Of a stretch of DNA of 64,000 nucleotides, positions 26,117-37,500 are shown in pieces (within the stretch, counting starts at the first letter, position 1; each line of letters starts with the position of its first letter). The position numbers and the translations under genes are program-made. The stretch covers positions 4,608,001 through 4,672,000 of the forward strand of contig CBDBGH010000003.1 in the NCBI GenBank assembly GCA_965205265.1. The letters are read 5' to 3'. The notes below the pieces were generated by a model. It was not told where the DNA came from, ran no database searches, and saw only the letters and a list, made by a program, of their open reading frames with translations. The DNA comes from Alphaproteobacteria bacterium (GTDB taxonomy: Bacteria; Pseudomonadota; Alphaproteobacteria; Bin95).

Positions 26117-28383
26117 CCCCGGTTGTTTCCTGCCGCGTGGGCGGCGAAAACGGCCATGTTGACGACCTCGGACACCTTGGCGCCCATCTGGACGATCTGG
26201 ACCGGTTTGGAAAGCCCGAGCAGCACCGGGCCGATCACCGCCCCGCCGCCCAGCATCTGCAGCATCTTGGCCGAGATGTTGGCGGCGTGCAGGCTCGGCA
26301 TGACGAGCACATTGGCGGGCCCGGAAAGACGCGCGAAGGGATAGAGCTGGCGCATCAGTTCCTCGTCGAGCGCGGCGTCCGCCGACATCTCGCCCTCATA
26401 TTCGAAATCGACGCTGCGGGCGTCGAGCACGGATACCGCCTCGCGCACATGGGCGGCCTCGCCGAAGGGCGGGTTGCCGAAATTGGAGAAGGAGAGCAGG
26501 GCGACGCGCGGCTCCGCGCCCATATTGCGCGCCATGCCGGCCGCCGCCGTCGCGATGTCGGCAAGCTGCTCCGGCCCGGGCCGCTCGTTCACCGTGGTAT
26601 CGGCCACGAAGACGGTCTGGTTGCGGCTCACATAGAGCGTCACGCCGCAGGGCGTCGAATCGGCAACCGGCGGCAGCACGTGGCGCACATCCCCGAAACT
26701 CACCTGGAAGGACCGGGTGAGGCCCGTCACCATGGCGTCGGCGGCTCCCGCCGCCACCATGCAGGCGGCAAAGCAATTACGGTCCTGGTGCACCATGCGC
26801 TGTACGTCGCGCTGCAGGTAGCCCCTGCGCTGCAGCCGCTCGTAAAGCATGGCGATGTATTGCGCATTGTCTTCCGAGAGGGCGGCGTTGTGGATTTCCA
26901 GCGGCTCGCCGGAGGCGATGCCGAGCCGCTCCATCTGGGCCTTGACGATTCTCTCCCGCCCGACCAGCACCGGCGTGCCGAAACCCTGCCCGCGGAAGGC
27001 GAGCGCGGCGCGGATGGCGCGCTCTTCCTCGCCCTCCGCGAACACCACGCGGCGCGGCGCGGCCTGCACCTCGGCATAGATGCGCTGGAGGCTGCCCGAG
27101 GTGGAATCGAGGCGGGCGGCGAGCGCGGCCCGGTAGGCGGGCCAGTCCTCGATCGGCTTCTGCGCGACGCCGGTGTCGATGGCGGCGCGCGCCACCGCCT
27201 CCGGCACATTGACGATCAGGCGCGGATCGAAGGGCACGGGAATGACGTAGTCGGGGCCGTATTGCAGCCGCTTGCCGGGATAGGCTGCCGCCGCTTCGTC
27301 GGGCACGTCCTCGCGTGCGAGCGCCGCCAGCGCATCGGCGGCGGCGAGCTTCATCGCGTCGTTGACGGTCGTGGCGCGCACGTCCAGCGCGCCCCGGAAG
27401 ATGTAGGGGAAGCCCAGCACATTGTTGACCTGGTTCGGGTAGTCCGAGCGCCCGGTGCAGACGATGGCGTCGCCGCGGACCTCGCGCACTTCTTCCGGCG
27501 TGATTTCCGGGTCGGGATTGGCGAGTGCGAAGACGATGGGCTTCTCCGCCATCGACGCGATCATCTCGCGCGTGAAGGCGCCCTTGACCGAGAGGCCGAA
27601 GGCGATGTCGGCGCCCTTCATCGCTTCTTCGAGCGTGCGCATCGGCGTCTCGACCGCATGGGCGGACTTCCACTGGTTCATGCCCTCGGCGCGGCCCCGG
27701 TAGATGACGCCGCGCGTGTCGCAGAGCACGACATTCTCCGCCGGCAGGCCGAGCGCCTTGAACAGGTCCACGCAGGCAATGCCGGAGGCGCCCGCGCCGT
27801 TCACCACCATACGGCAGTCCTGGATGCGCCGGCCGGTCAGGTGGAGCGCGTTGATGAGGCCGGCGGCGGAGATGATCGCCGTGCCGTGCTGGTCGTCGTG
27901 GAAGACCGGGATGTCGAGCAGTTCGCGCAGGCGCTCCTCGACGATGAAGCATTCCGGGGCCTTGATGTCTTCCAGGTTGATGCCGCCGAAGCTCTTGCCG
28001 AGATAGCGCACACATTCGATGAAGGCGTCCACGTCCTCCGTGTCCACCTCCAGGTCGATGCCGTCCACATCGGCGAAGCGCTTGAAGAGGACCGCCTTTC
28101 CTTCCATGACCGGCTTGGAGGCGAGCGCGCCGATATTGCCGAGGCCGAGCACGGCGGTGCCGTTAGAGATCACGGCCACCATGTTGCCCTTGGCGGTGTA
28201 GTCGTAGGCGAGGCCCGGGTCCTTCTCGATCTCGAGGCAGGGCGCGGCCACGCCCGGCGAATAAGCGAGCGAGAGCTGGTACTGGGTGGTGAGCGGCTTG
28301 GTCGGCGTCACCTCAACCTTGCCGGGCCGCCCGGCGGCGTGCATCCGCAGCGCCTCGCGCCCGAGCGTGTCGTTGTCAACCAT
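26110..28383 (-). CDS. maeB: NADP-dependent malic enzyme with phosphotransacetylase-like domain
   Basis: LAYSPGVA, SNGTAVLGLG, KPVMEGK, FHDDQHGT, GAGASG, GRSDYPNQVNN, C-terminal PTA domain. Confidence 0.96.
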   Translation of the reverse strand: MVDNDTLGREALRMHAAGRPGKVEVTPTKPLTTQYQLSLAYSPGVAAPCLEIEKDPGLAYDYTAKGNMVAVISNGTAVLGLGNIGALASKPVMEGKAVLFKRFADVDGIDLEVDTEDVDAFIECVRYLGKSFGGINLEDIKAPECFIVEERLRELLDIPVFHDDQHGTAIISAAGLINALHLTGRRIQDCRMVVNGAGASGIACVDLFKALGLPAENVVLCDTRGVIYRGRAEGMNQWKSAHAVETPMRTLEEAMKGADIAFGLSVKGAFTREMIASMAEKPIVFALANPDPEITPEEVREVRGDAIVCTGRSDYPNQVNNVLGFPYIFRGALDVRATTVNDAMKLAAADALAALAREDVPDEAAAAYPGKRLQYGPDYVIPVPFDPRLIVNVPEAVARAAIDTGVAQKPIEDWPAYRAALAARLDSTSGSLQRIYAEVQAAPRRVVFAEGEEERAIRAALAFRGQGFGTPVLVGRERIVKAQMERLGIASGEPLEIHNAALSEDNAQYIAMLYERLQRRGYLQRDVQRMVHQDRNCFAACMVAAGAADAMVTGLTRSFQVSFGDVRHVLPPVADSTPCGVTLYVSRNQTVFVADTTVNERPGPEQLADIATAAAGMARNMGAEPRVALLSFSNFGNPPFGEAAHVREAVSVLDARSVDFEYEGEMSADAALDEELMRQLYPFARLSGPANVLVMPSLHAANISAKMLQMLGGGAVIGPVLLGLSKPVQIVQMGAKVSEVVNMAVFAAHAAGNNRGQ

Positions 28384-28491
28384 CGCGCTTGCCCCCGGCC
28401 TTCCGGCTCTTCGTCGCTCGGCGAATCCTAGTCCGGCAGCGGACCTCTTGCCAATGCCGCCCTGGCCCGGCCCAAGGACCGGGGGCGCCGC

Positions 28492-29277
28492 CTATTCGCT
28501 GACCCGGAAGACGGGGTCGCGGCCGAGGGGCGCGCCGCTGAGATAGCGGGTGAGGAACGCCGCGCAGAATTCGAGCTCCTCCGGCGGCACGGCGGGATGC
28601 AGGCCGGGATTGGCGTGGAGGCGCTTGTCGGCCGAACCGAGCGCGTCGAACAGGGCGAGGCACTGCTCGCGGGTGAAGAGCTCGTCCTCGAGCTGCCAGA
28701 TGAACAGCACGGGGCAGGAGATGACCCGGGCCGCCGCCTCGATGACCGGCTTGTAGTGGGCCGGCTCGGAAACGAGGCCCATCAGCCCCAGCACCGCCAC
28801 CGAGATGCGCGGCTCGGCCGCAACGAAGGGCGCGCCGTAGATCGTGCCCATCGACAGGCCCCAATAGCCGACGGGGCCTGCGCCGACCTCTTCCAGCCCG
28901 GAGACCGCCTCCAGCGCAAGCCGCCAGTCGCGCACCATGTCGCCGGCCGTGCCCTCGCGCTGCCATTCCGGCCAGAAGGAGGCGCGCCCGCCGGGTCCGG
29001 TCTGGCGGCGGCCGTGGACCGGCCCGTCGAGCGAGAGCCCGAAATAGCCTTGCTCGCGGCAGAGGCCGGCGGCGATGTCCGGGATCGGGCGCTGGTGCCG
29101 GTCGCCGGAGGCGCCGTGGCCGTAGCAGACGAGCGGCGCGCCGGGCTTCGAACCGTCGCCGGACCAGAGCACTCCCGTCACCGGGCGCGCGCTCGAATGG
29201 ATAGTGAATTCGCGCGCCGAGGCGCCGTCATGCCGCTCCGTTTCGTGCCATTCGAGCCTGTTGCCGGTCGCAGTCAT
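28492..29277 (-). CDS. alpha/beta hydrolase (dienelactone hydrolase-like)
   Basis: GHG, DGPVHG, nucleophile GLSMG, DELF, HANPGLH. Confidence 0.82.
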   Translation of the reverse strand: MTATGNRLEWHETERHDGASAREFTIHSSARPVTGVLWSGDGSKPGAPLVCYGHGASGDRHQRPIPDIAAGLCREQGYFGLSLDGPVHGRRQTGPGGRASFWPEWQREGTAGDMVRDWRLALEAVSGLEEVGAGPVGYWGLSMGTIYGAPFVAAEPRISVAVLGLMGLVSEPAHYKPVIEAAARVISCPVLFIWQLEDELFTREQCLALFDALGSADKRLHANPGLHPAVPPEELEFCAAFLTRYLSGAPLGRDPVFRVSE

Positions 29278-29388
29278 GGGGTGCATCCTGAAGCCGTGGC
29301 GGGGGTTCGGCGGAGTGTTCGCCCGCCGGCCTTCCGGGTCAAGAAGGCCGCCTCGGGATTTTCACGGCGGCAGAGGGGGAGCATATCC

Positions 29389-30405
29389 GTGACACTGCAA
29401 TTCGGCCTTCGCGTGCCCACGGTGGGCGCGCCCCGGGATACCGCCGCCTATGCCGCCCGTGTCGAGGCCGCCGGCTTCGACTTCATGTGGGTGCCGGACA
29501 CGCCGCTGCTCGCCGGGCGCTGGCGGGATGTCTATATGCATCTGGGCGCGGCGGCCGGGAGTACGGAGCGCCTGCGGCTCGGCCCCGGCGTTACCAACCC
29601 GTTGACCCGCCATCCGCTGACCACGGCAAGCGCCATCGCGACCCTGGATGACGCCTCCGGCGGCCGGGCGGATCTGGTGGCGGGCACGGGCTACAGTTCC
29701 GCCTACATCATCGGGCGCAAGGCGGCGACCCTGGCCGATATGCGAGACGCGACGGCGCTCTGGCGCGGCCTGTTAAGCGGCCGGCCGACCGATCCGGGCG
29801 GCTCGGAGACCGTGCTCGACCCGGCCTACGGCCATGTGCCCATCCTGCTCGCCGCGACCGGCCCGCGCATGCTGGCGCTTGCGGGCGAAATCGCCGACGG
29901 CGTGCTCATCCATGTGGGCGCCGCGCCGGAGGCCGTCGCCTGGGCGCTGGAGCGGATCGACGCCGGCATGGCGGCCGCGGGCCGGTCGAGAGAGGAGGTC
30001 CGGCGCATCGTCGTGGTCACGGCCTGCATCGACGACGACCGCGAGCGCGCCATCGACCGTATGCGCCCCTGTGCGGCGGGCCTCTGCCGGCATCGCCATG
30101 CGGGCGTCTTCTTCCCCGGCATCGGGATACCGGCCCGGCCGGCGGACTATGCGGAGCCCTATCCGGACCTCGGCCATGCGGTGGACTGGGACGAGGCGAA
30201 GCGGGTGACGGCCTATGTGCCCGACGCCGCGGTGGAAGCCTGCGTCGCGCTCGGCTCCGCCGACGAGGTTGCCGAACGCGCGCGGGCGCTGGCGGCGCTC
30301 GACATAGACGCGATCTGGTGGCGCGACGAGGCGACCTGGACCCGGCCCGACCGGCTGATGGAGCGCCTCGCGGCCGAAGTGATGCCGCACTTCCGGGCGG
30401 GCTGA
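29389..30405 (+). CDS. LLM class flavin/F420-dependent oxidoreductase
   Basis: GFD..WVPD, LGPGVTNP.TRHP..TA.AIATLD..SGGR, AATGPRML.LAGEIADG. Confidence 0.88.
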   Translation: MTLQFGLRVPTVGAPRDTAAYAARVEAAGFDFMWVPDTPLLAGRWRDVYMHLGAAAGSTERLRLGPGVTNPLTRHPLTTASAIATLDDASGGRADLVAGTGYSSAYIIGRKAATLADMRDATALWRGLLSGRPTDPGGSETVLDPAYGHVPILLAATGPRMLALAGEIADGVLIHVGAAPEAVAWALERIDAGMAAAGRSREEVRRIVVVTACIDDDRERAIDRMRPCAAGLCRHRHAGVFFPGIGIPARPADYAEPYPDLGHAVDWDEAKRVTAYVPDAAVEACVALGSADEVAERARALAALDIDAIWWRDEATWTRPDRLMERLAAEVMPHFRAG

Positions 30406-30488
30406 CGCGAAGCGCCCGCCTGGCTTGCCGCCCGCCCGCGCGCCGTCCAGACTGCCGGGGCGATGAACGGCCGGAGAGGAGAGAGGGC

Positions 30489-31016
30489 ATGGCGGACGGC
30501 TTCACGATCACGAAATTCAGGGATGTCGCGGACGGGCTGCAGGCGGGCCAGTTCGCCGTGGGCGAGCGGCGCAAGGCAGGCAGCCTCGACGATCTCGACC
30601 CCGTCCACAGGGATCTGCTCGACCGGCCGATCACGGTCTCGCTCGGCGTGATGACGCCGGACGGGCGTATCGGGCTCACGCCGATGTGGTTCGACTACGA
30701 GGGCGACAAGATCCTGGTGAACACCGCGTCCCACCGCTCCAAATGCGGCTGGATACGCGCCAATCCCGAAATGACGGTGCTCATCGTCAACCCCGACAAC
30801 CCCTATCACTGGGTGCAGATCCGCTGCACGGTGGAAGAGGAGCTGCGGGAATGGGAAGAGGGCGGCGAGCGCGTCACCCGGCAGCTCGACAAAATCTGGT
30901 CGAAATATACCGGCGCCGAGCCGCCCTACGGGCTGCGCGACCCCGAGATCGACGAGAAGCGGGTGCTGTTCGTCTGCCGGATCGACCGGATCGCCACCTT
31001 CGGCAGGCCCGCCTGA
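30489..31016 (+). CDS. pyridoxamine 5'-phosphate oxidase-like (PPOX class) protein
   Basis: PDG...TPMWF, NTA..R.K..WIRANP, DNPYHW, L..KY.G. Confidence 0.8.
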   Translation: MADGFTITKFRDVADGLQAGQFAVGERRKAGSLDDLDPVHRDLLDRPITVSLGVMTPDGRIGLTPMWFDYEGDKILVNTASHRSKCGWIRANPEMTVLIVNPDNPYHWVQIRCTVEEELREWEEGGERVTRQLDKIWSKYTGAEPPYGLRDPEIDEKRVLFVCRIDRIATFGRPA

Positions 31017-31035
31017 CCGCGCTCGGGCAGTCGAA

Positions 31036-31509
31036 ATGACGAAACTGCGAGGCCCGGACCGTGTGAAAGCCGCCTTGGAGGCGCTTTCGCTCGATTGCGA
31101 GGTGCTGACCCTGCCCGACTCGACCCGGACGGCCGCAGAGGCGGCGGAGGCGGTCGGCTGCGCGGTGGGCGAGATTGCGAAGTCGCTGGTCTTCCGCGCC
31201 GGGGACCGCGCCGTGGTCGCTGTCGTCAGCGGCGGCGACCGGATCGACACGGCCAGGCTCGGGCAAGCCGTCGGCACGGAGGTCGGCCGGGCGGATGCCG
31301 GGTTCGTGCGCGCCGCGACCGGATTCTCGATCGGCGGCGTGCCTCCTCTCGGCCATGCGGGGCCCGTCGCCCTGTTCATGGACAGGGGCCTCTTCCGGTT
31401 CGCGCGGGTCTGGGCGGCGGCGGGCAGCCCGTTTTCGGTGTTCGCCATCGAGCCGGCGCGGTTGCGCGATGCCAGCGGCGCGACAGTCGCGGATATCAGG
31501 GTAGCGTGA
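31036..31509 (+). CDS. YbaK/EbsC aminoacyl-tRNA deacylase family
   Basis: TRTA.EAA..VGC.VG.IAKSLVF, TGFSIGGVPPLGH, WAAAG. Confidence 0.9.
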   Translation: MTKLRGPDRVKAALEALSLDCEVLTLPDSTRTAAEAAEAVGCAVGEIAKSLVFRAGDRAVVAVVSGGDRIDTARLGQAVGTEVGRADAGFVRAATGFSIGGVPPLGHAGPVALFMDRGLFRFARVWAAAGSPFSVFAIEPARLRDASGATVADIRVA

Positions 31510-31546
31510 GCCGCCGCGTTTCGGGCCGGGCGGGTCCGCAAGAGAT

Positions 31547-34500
31547 TCAGAACCGGAACTGCAAAGCGGCGGAGATGCGGCTTTCCGGGCCGCCGGTTCG
31601 CGGAGTGCGGCGCTCAGCGGCGAGTCTAAGCACGGGGCCCGCCAGCGGCCCCATGTCGAGCCCGAGCGTCAATTTGCGGTCGTTTGCGCCGGCGAGGCTG
31701 AGCGCCGCATACGGTTCGAACAGCGAACGGCGCAAGACGAAACGCCAGCCGGCCTTCAAGTCCAGGGCAGGCAGCGCCCTGCCGCCGCGTTTCGGGGCGT
31801 TGCGGGACCAAAGCCGTTCGGGTTTGCCGCTCCCGCCGGCCAGCGCCCCGTATGCCCCGGCCAGCGACCATGACGGCCCGCCGCGGTCGGGGTCCGCCGG
31901 CTGCCGCACCGTGGCCGTCAGGCCGAATTCCCGATATTCGCGACCGGAATGCCAAACAAGGCCCCGTAACCGGATATCCGCGTGCCCGGACGAGGCCGGC
32001 AGCGGTGATCTGGCACCGCCCGACAGTTCGAGGCCGAGGCCCCGCACGCCGTCGCCGCCGCTGCGGCGCAGCGACAGTGACGTGTAGTAGGCGGCTTCTC
32101 CTTCCTCCAGCGCAGCCTTGACGCCGAGACTCTGGCGGTCTGTAGAGGCAGAGAGGGAGCCGATAGCCGTCCGCGCATCGCCCTTGGCTTCGAGTCGTGC
32201 AAATCCCGCGGCGCCGGCCGCTGATAGCTCCAGCCCACCGAATGCCGGCAGCGCGCTGCGGAAGCCGGCGGAGACGGTTGCCAGTTCGGCGTCTGCCGTC
32301 TCGACGCCCCGGCCGGCGGCCGCATTCCGGATGGTTCCCTGCCCGCCGCCGAGGGTTATCCAGACCGTTCTTCCATCCTCGAAATGCCATTGCAGATAGG
32401 GATGGACGCTGTCGAGGGCGGTCTCGACCGCGCCGGATGCAGCGCCGGTGCCGTATTCCAGGTCTCCCTCACTGCGGGCCAGCGCCGCTCCGAAAAGCCA
32501 TCGCTTTCCCAGACGCATATCGAGCCCGAACCAGGTCGATGACAAACGGCCTCCGAAACGCGCCCCCGGCCCGGCCGAACCCTCGAACCGCCGCAACTCG
32601 CCGCGGTGCCAAAGCGACCATTGCGGAAGCCCGTCGTCCGCCGGGTCTGTGAGCGGAATCTGGAAGGCGCTTTTCCGGAGCGTCTCGCGAGCGTCCATGC
32701 CGACGGTTATCGCCTGCCGTCCAGCGGCTGCTGGCCTTTGCGCCGTTTCGTTGCGCGCAGGTGCGAACAGCGGAATTTCATGCCCGGCCAGAACGACCTG
32801 CGCCGCCTCCGGATCGGCGGAGAACCGCTCGCCGACAACAATCTCCGCGCCCGCCGCCACATGGCCCGCAAGGCCCGCCATAAGGGCCTCGACCGTCGTC
32901 CGCTCCGCCTGTGTCGCCGCCGCCTTGGGCGTTGCGTAAGCGACATTCGATCCGTCGCTGCACTTGTCACCCGCAACCGTTCGAACTTGAAACGCGTGGG
33001 CAACTCCGTTGACAAGGCCCGGTACCGTGTGCCGGGTAGTCGCTGCGCTGCTGCCTGAAACGTCGATCCAAGGCGGCCTGCGGCACGGATCCGATATGTT
33101 TTCCATCGGAGAATCGTCAATTCTGGGACTGCATATATCCTTGCCGTCGAGCCAACAGGCGTACTGCCAGCGGATGTTCGGATCGCGCGCGGCGTCCCAT
33201 GTCAGCAGGACCTGCCCGTAACCGGGGATCGCCTTGAGGCCGGTCGGCTTTTTCGGCTTTGCGGGCTCGGGCGTCGCCATCGCCGTTTCCGAGGGCGGCC
33301 CGGGACCGTGCGTGTTCGTTGCGCGAACCTGAAAGAAATAGGTGACTCCGTTGGTCAGGCGGGTGACGGTGTGGCCGGTAAATCCGTCGTCGCCGCCGGT
33401 TTGCGGCATATCGATCCAACCCCCGAACTCGCCGCCCTCGATCTTGTAGCGATGCTGCCAGCCGACAATCGGGTTCTCCGGGCTTTGCCACCGCAACGCT
33501 ACCTGTCCATCTCCGGCCGTAGCCGTAAAATTCGTCGGCTTTTCTGGTACTTCCTCCGGGCTGGCGACCGCAACGGCCGACTCCTCGCTCACGCCGCTGG
33601 TATTGACGGCGCGCAGCTTGAAGGCATAGGAAACGCCGTTTTCCAAACCGCCGACGGGGTAGCGCATTCTGCCGCTGCGGCTGACGGGCAGCGGTATGTG
33701 CGTCCAGTCTTCCTCGAAATCCCCGTCATCCTTCCTCCGGGTGTATTGGTAGCCGCTGATCGTATCGTCACCGGGGTCGTCCCATTCGAGTAGCACTTCC
33801 CCGTTTCCCGCCGTTGCCGTGAAGCCCGTTGGTTTGGCCGGAACGGCGAACGGGGTTGCCTCGGCCTCGTCCGACTCCAGGCCGGGTCCGCTGCTGTTGA
33901 CCGCCCTGATGCGGAAGGTATGCGGCGCGCCGTTTTCGAGTCCGACGATCCCGTGGCTTGTCGTTGTCGCCCCGCTGCCGTCGATATCGGTCCAGTCTCC
34001 GTAGCCGCTCGTCGTTCTGTAACGGTACTGCCAACCGGCGACCGTGGCGTCGCCCAGGGCCGTCCATTCCAGCAGGATCGTCCCGTCGCCCGCTGCCGCC
34101 GTGAGGCCTGCCGGCTTTACGGGAACCGGCGGCAGAGTTGCGGCAATCTCGTCCGACTCGGCCCCCGGCCCGCTGGCGTTGTCCGCGCGGAGCTTGAATC
34201 GGTAAGATGCGCCGGTTTCGAGACCGGTTACCGTATGGCGTACGGTCGTCGCGGTGCTGCCGAGGATGGCTGTCCAGTCCGCCTCGTATTCCCCATTCTC
34301 GGGCCGCTGGTTGTATTGCCAGCCGGTAATTGTCGCATCCGCCGGGTCGTTCCATTCCAGCACGACCTCTCCGCTGCCGGGCGTCGCCGTGAGGCCCGCC
34401 GGCTTGGCCGGGACGGCAAGTGGTGTTGCGGCAGTCTCTCCGGACGGCGCGCCGGGGCCGCTGCCGTTGACGGCCCGGACCTCGAAGCGGTGGACGACGC

Positions 34501-37500
34501 CGTTGGCGAGTTCCGTCACCATATGGCTCGTCGTCTCCGCTCCGCTGCCGTCGATATCGGTCCAGGTCCCATAGCTGTCGGTCGTCCTGTAGCGGTATTG
34601 CCAGCCGGTAATCGTTGCGTCGCCAGGATCGCTCCATTGCAACGATATCCGCCCGTTGCCCGGCGTGGCAGCGAAGCCTGTCGGCTTTGCGGGCACGGCG
34701 ACGGGAGTTACGGCGGCTTCATCAGACTCCGCCCCGCTGCCGCTTGCGTTCAGCGCGCGGAGCTTGAAGCGGTGGGCGGCGCCGTTGTCGAGGCCGGTGA
34801 CGGTATGGGCGGTCGTGGTTGCGCCGCTATCCGGAATATCGATCCAGGAGCCGTAGTCGCCCGTAGTCTTGAGGGCGTATTGCCAGCCGGTAATCGTCAC
34901 GTCGTCCGGGTCGTCCCAGGCGAGCGCGACCCGCCCGTCGCCCGGCGTGGCAGCGAAGCCCGTCGGCTTTGCGGGCACGGCGACGGGAGTTGCGGCGGCT
35001 TCATCGGACTCCGCCCCGCTGCCGCTGGCATTGACGGCGCGGAGCTTGAAGCGGTGGGCGGCGCCGTTGTCGAGGCCAGTGACGGTATGGGCGGTGGTGG
35101 TTGCGCCGCTGCCTGTAATGTCGGTCCAGCTTCCGTAGCCGCCCGTAGTCTTGAGGGCGTATTGCCATCCGGTAATCGTCGCGTCGTCCGGATCGTCCCA
35201 GGAGAGCGCAACCCGCCCGTCGCCCGGCGTTGCGGCGAAGCCCGTCGGCTTTGCGGGCACGGCGACGGGAGTTGCGGCAGCTTCATCGGACTCCGCGCCG
35301 CCGCCATGTTCGTTCACGGCGCGGAGCTTGAAGACATGTTCGACGCCGTTCTCAAGCCCGGTTGCCTTATAGGCGGTCGTCGCCGCATCGCTGCCGGGAA
35401 TATCGGTCCACTCGCCGAAAGCGCCCGTCGTCCTGACCGCGAATTGCCAGCCCGTGATCGCCGGATCGCCCGGGCTGTCCCATGCGAGCGTAATCTCGGC
35501 GTCGCCGGCCCGGGCGCTAAACCCTGCGGGCGCGGCCGGACGCGGCGACCGGGGCGCGGCGGACCGCTCCTCGGACTCGTAGCCGTTGGCGGCATTGAAC
35601 GCACGAATCTTGAAGATGTATGTCGCGCCGTTTTCGAGGCCTGTAACGGTGTGCCGGACGGTCTTTGCGCCGCTTCCGGGGACATCGTTCCACTGCGCCT
35701 TGTATTCGCCGTCCGATTTCCGGCTCTTGAATTGCCAGCCCTGGATGCTGGCATCGCCCGGGTCGTCCCAGGTCAGCGACACCTCGCTGTCCCCGGACTC
35801 GGCCCGGAACCCTGCGGGCTTTGCAGGCACTGCCTCTCGCGGCGTCGCAGCAGCCTCGTCGGACTCCGCGCCGGTGCCGCTCCCGTTGACCGCGCGAAGC
35901 CTGAAAGTATAGGCCGTGTTGTTGGAAAGGCCGGTCACCGTATGGCGGACCGTCGAGGGGCCGCTGCCGGGCATGTCTTTCCACGCGCCGTAGGGTCCTG
36001 TTGTCCTGAAGCTGTATTGCCAGCCGGAGATGGTGCTGTCGCCCGGGTCGGTCCAGAGCAGCCTTGCCTGCGTATTGCCCGCCTCCGCCCGAAGCCCGGA
36101 CGGCTTTTCAGGGACCGGCTGCGGCGTGGCGGAAACGGAATCGGACTCCTCGCCGCCGCCGCTGGCATTGACCGCACGGATTTTGAAAGCGTGCTCCACG
36201 CCGTTGGCAAGGTCGGTAACGGAATGGCCGGTGGTAGCCCTGTGACTGCCCTCGATGTCTTTCCAGGCGCCGTAATTTCCCGAGGTCCTGAACGAATACT
36301 GCCAGCCGGTAATCGTGGAATTCAGCGGGTCGTTCCAGGCCAGGGCGACCAGCGCATCTCCCGCCTTTGCGGTGAATCCCGAAGGTTTGGCCGGACGGGA
36401 CAGGGGCGTCGAAGAGGCTTCTTCGGATTCAGCGCCGGGGCCGACATCGTTTACGGCCCGGATCTTGAATGTATGTGCGGTCCCGTTCGCCAGTCCGGAT
36501 ACGACATGACGCGTTGTCGCGGCGCTGCTGCCCGAAATGTCGGTCCAGTTCCCGTAGCCGCCTGTCGTGCGGTAGGCGTATTGCCATTTCACGATCGAGG
36601 CATCCGATGGATCGGTCCACGAAAGCGCAACCTGCCGGTCGCCTGCAAGCGCGGTAAATCCGACCGGCTTCTCCGGCGCCCTCGCCATGGGCGTCGCCGA
36701 AACTTCGTCGGATTCGGCGCCCGCTCCGATGTCGTTCACGGCCCGGATTTTGAAAGTATGAGCCGTGTCGTTTGCGAGCATGGCAACGATGTGCCGCACG
36801 GTTGCCGCGCCGCTTCCTGCCATGTCGGTCCAATCGCCGTAGCCGCCGGTCGTCTTGTAAGCGAATTGCCATTTCGAGATCGTTTCGTTTTCCGGATCGG
36901 TCCAGGTCAATATTGCCTTTCGATTGCCGGACTCGACCGAGAAACCCGTCGGCTTTCCGGGCGCCGTCGGCATGGGCGTTGCGGACCTTTCGTCCGACCG
37001 CCGCCCGGTTCCGGCGCCGTTGAACGCCTGAATCTGAAACACATATCCGGTGCCGTTTTCGAGGCCGCGGACGGTATGGGTCGTCGTGTCGGCACCGGAA
37101 CCGGGAACGGCCGTCCAGCTCCCGTAGCGCCCGCCCGCCTCCTTCCGGCGGAATTCCCAGCCCTGTATGCTGATATCGTCCGCATGGTCCCACATGAGCA
37201 CGACTTTCCGGTCTCCCGGAAGCGCCTGAAATCCGGCCGGTTTCGCCGGAAAGGCCGGGTAAGGCTCCCCGGTCGCCTCATCGGATTCGCGGCCGGGACC
37301 GGTATCGTTGACGGCCCTGATCTTGAACCTGTAGGTCCGGTTGTTCGCAAGACCGGTGACCGTGTAGCGCCTTGTAGCGGATTCGCTTCCCGGCATGTCC
37401 GCCCAATCGGAATAGGAACCGGCGCTCAGCTTCCAGGCATATTGCCAATGCGTAATCGTCGGGTCGCTCGGGCCCGACCACCGCAGGCGCACCTGGGTGT

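Noticed and set aside
25351-28431. 1026-aa plus-strand ORF
   Set aside because: It is the antisense shadow of maeB in high-GC DNA and has no recognisable motifs.
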